Source: Okamejei kenojei
Taxonomy: Eukaryota
DNA length: 64,000 nt
Direction of reading: 5' to 3'
Assembly: GCA_035221665.1 (NCBI GenBank)
Contig: CM069132.1
Location: 75,268,001 to 75,332,000, forward strand
Positions 61,996 to 64,000 of the stretch are shown here, piece after piece. Position 1 is the stretch's first letter. Each line of letters begins with the position of its first letter. Position numbers and translations under genes: made by a program. A model generated the notes under the pieces. It searched no databases, was not told the DNA's origin, and was given only the letters and a program-made list of their open reading frames with translations.

Positions 61996-62354
61996 NNNNN
62001 NNNNNNNNNNNNNNNNNNNNNNNNNNNNNNNNNNNNNNNNNNNNNNNNNNNNNNNNNNNNNNNNNNNNNNNNNNNNNNNNNNNNNNNNNNNNNNNNNNNN
62101 NNNNNNNNNNNNNNNNNNNNNNNNNNNNNNNNNNNNNNNNNNNNNNNNNNNNNNNNNNNNNNNNNNNNNNNNNNNNNNNNNNNNNNNNNNNNNNNNNNNN
62201 NNNTATAAATAAATGNNNNNNNNNNNNNNNNNNNNNNNNNNNNNNNNNNNNNNNNNNNNNNNNNNNNNNNNNNNNNNNNNNNNNNNNNNNNNNNNNNNNN
62301 NNNNNNNNNNNNNNNNNNNNNNNNNNNNNNNNNNNNNNNNNNNNNNNNNNNNNN
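61996..62354. other. N runs (assembly gap or masking)
   Basis: Ns at 61996-62203 and 62216-62354. Confidence 1.
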
Positions 62355-63955
62355 ATTCATACCCCTTGAACTTTTCCATATTTTGTCACGTTACAACCAC
62401 AAACGTAAATGTATTTTATTAGCATTTTATGTGATAGACCAACACAAAGTGGCACATAATTGTGAAGTGGAAGGAAAATGATACATGGTTTTCAAATTTT
62501 TTTTACAAATAAAAATCTGAAAAGTGTGGTGGGCAAAAGTATTCACCCCCCTTTACTCTGATACCGCTAAAAAAAAATCCAGTGCAACCAATTGCCTTCA
62601 GAAGCCACCTAATTAGTAAATAAAGTCCACTTGTGTGTAATCTAATCTCAGTATAAATACAGCTGTTCTGTGAAGGCCTCAGAGGTTTGTTAGAGAACAT
62701 TAGTGAACAAACAGCATCATGAAGCCCAAGGAACACACCAGATAGGTCAGGGCTAAAGTTGTGGAGAAGTTTAAAGCAGGGTTAGGTTATAAAAAAATAT
62801 CCCAAGCTTTGAACATCTCACAGAGCACTGTTCAATCCATCATCCAAAAATGGAAAGCGTATGGCACAACTGCAAACCTACCAAGACATGGCCGTCCACC
62901 TAAACTGACAGGCCGGGCAAGGAGAGCATTGATCACAGAAGCAGCCAAGAGGCCCATGGTAACTCTGGAGGAGCTGCAGAGATCCACAGCTCAGGTGGGA
63001 GAATCTGTCCACAGGACAACTATTAGTCGTGCACTCCACAAATCGGGCCTTTATGGAAGAGTGGCAAGAAGAAAGCCATTGTTGAAACAAAGCCATAAGA
63101 AGTCCCGTTTACAATTTGCCACAAGCCATGTGGGGGGACACAGCAAACATGTGGTGGAAGGTGCTCTGGTCTGATGAGACCAAAATTGAAGTTTTTGGCC
63201 TAAATGCAAAACGCTATGTGTGGCGGAAAACTAACACTGCACATTACCCTGAACACACCATCCCCACTGTGAAACATGGTGGTGGCAGCATCATGCTGTG
63301 GGGATGCTTTTCTTTAGCAGGGACAGGGAAGCTGGTCAGAGTTGATGGGAAGATGGATGGAGCCAAATACAGGGCAATCTTGGAAGAAAACCCGTTAGAG
63401 TCTGCAAAAGACTTGAGACTGGGGCGGAGGTTCACCTTCCAGCAGGACAACAACCCTAAACATGCAGCCAGAGCTACAATGGAATGGTTTAGATCAAAGC
63501 ATATTCATGTGTAATGGCCCAGTCAAAGTCCAGAACTAAATCCAATTGAGAATCTCTGGCAAGACGTGAAAATTGCTGTTCACAGACGCTCTCTATCCAA
63601 TCAGACTGAGCTTAAGCTATTTTGCAAAGAAGAATGGGCAAAAATTTCAATCTCTGGATGTGCAAAGCTGGTAGAGACATACCATAAAAAGACTTGCAGC
63701 TGTAATTGCAGCAAAAGGTGGTTCTACAAAAATATTGACTCGGGGGGCTGAATACTTTTGCCCGCCACACTTTTCAGTTTTTTATTTGTAATAAAATTTG
63801 GAAACCATGTATCATTTTCCTTCCACTTCACATTTATGCACCACTTTGTGTTGGTCTATCACATAAAATCCCAATAAAATACATTTACGTTTGTGGTTGT
63901 AACGTGACAAAATGTGGAAAAGTTCAAGGGCTATGAATACTTTTGCAAGCCACTG
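62355..63955 (+). mobile_element. Tc1-family IR/DR DNA transposon (left tip lost in Ns)
   Basis: ~200-bp TIRs with outer and inner direct repeats (CAAAAGTATTCA..CCC); right end ...GCAAGCCACTG|TA. Confidence 0.97.
62719..63740 (+). pseudogene. Tc1 DD34E transposase with few lesions
   Basis: Paired-like HTH (GLGYKKIS..L), GRPPK, WSDETK, FQQDNNPKH, SPELNPIENLW; frameshift at ~63130, stop/deletion at ~63512, frameshift at ~63690. Confidence 0.95.
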
Positions 63956-64000
63956 TATAAATGTAAATGTATGTATGTATATATATATTTAAATGTGTGT

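Noticed and set aside
61932-62422. ORFs spanning N runs
   Set aside because: Artefacts of undetermined bases.

Overview
Eukaryotic, repeat-dense genomic DNA. The SINE/LINE complement (HE1-like V-SINEs, HER1/CR1, Penelope) suggests a cartilaginous fish, probably a skate or ray; this is an inference. No prokaryotic systems, CRISPR arrays, rRNA or true tRNA genes are visible. Most of the window is layered transposon debris: many CR1 and Rex1/Babar LINE fragments, V-SINEs, several Penelope (GIY-YIG) elements plus many tiny Penelope-tail insertions carrying a minimal hammerhead-ribozyme-like motif and 11-13 bp TSDs, two hAT-type non-autonomous elements, a Tc1 IR/DR transposon, a decayed RepHel Helitron with three non-autonomous Helitrons sharing one 3' end but carrying different repeat cargo (one is a ~31-bp satellite), and a DIRS1 element nested inside the tyrosine-recombinase gene of a related DIRS1. 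Between the repeats is a phase-consistent chain of small + strand exons of a gene I cannot name, and a CpG-rich patch at ~8.4 kb that may drive an antisense transcript. No wholly new system can be proven from sequence alone; the best leads are the Helitron cargo family, the ribozyme-motif mini-insertions, the DIRS-in-DIRS nesting and the unnamed host gene.
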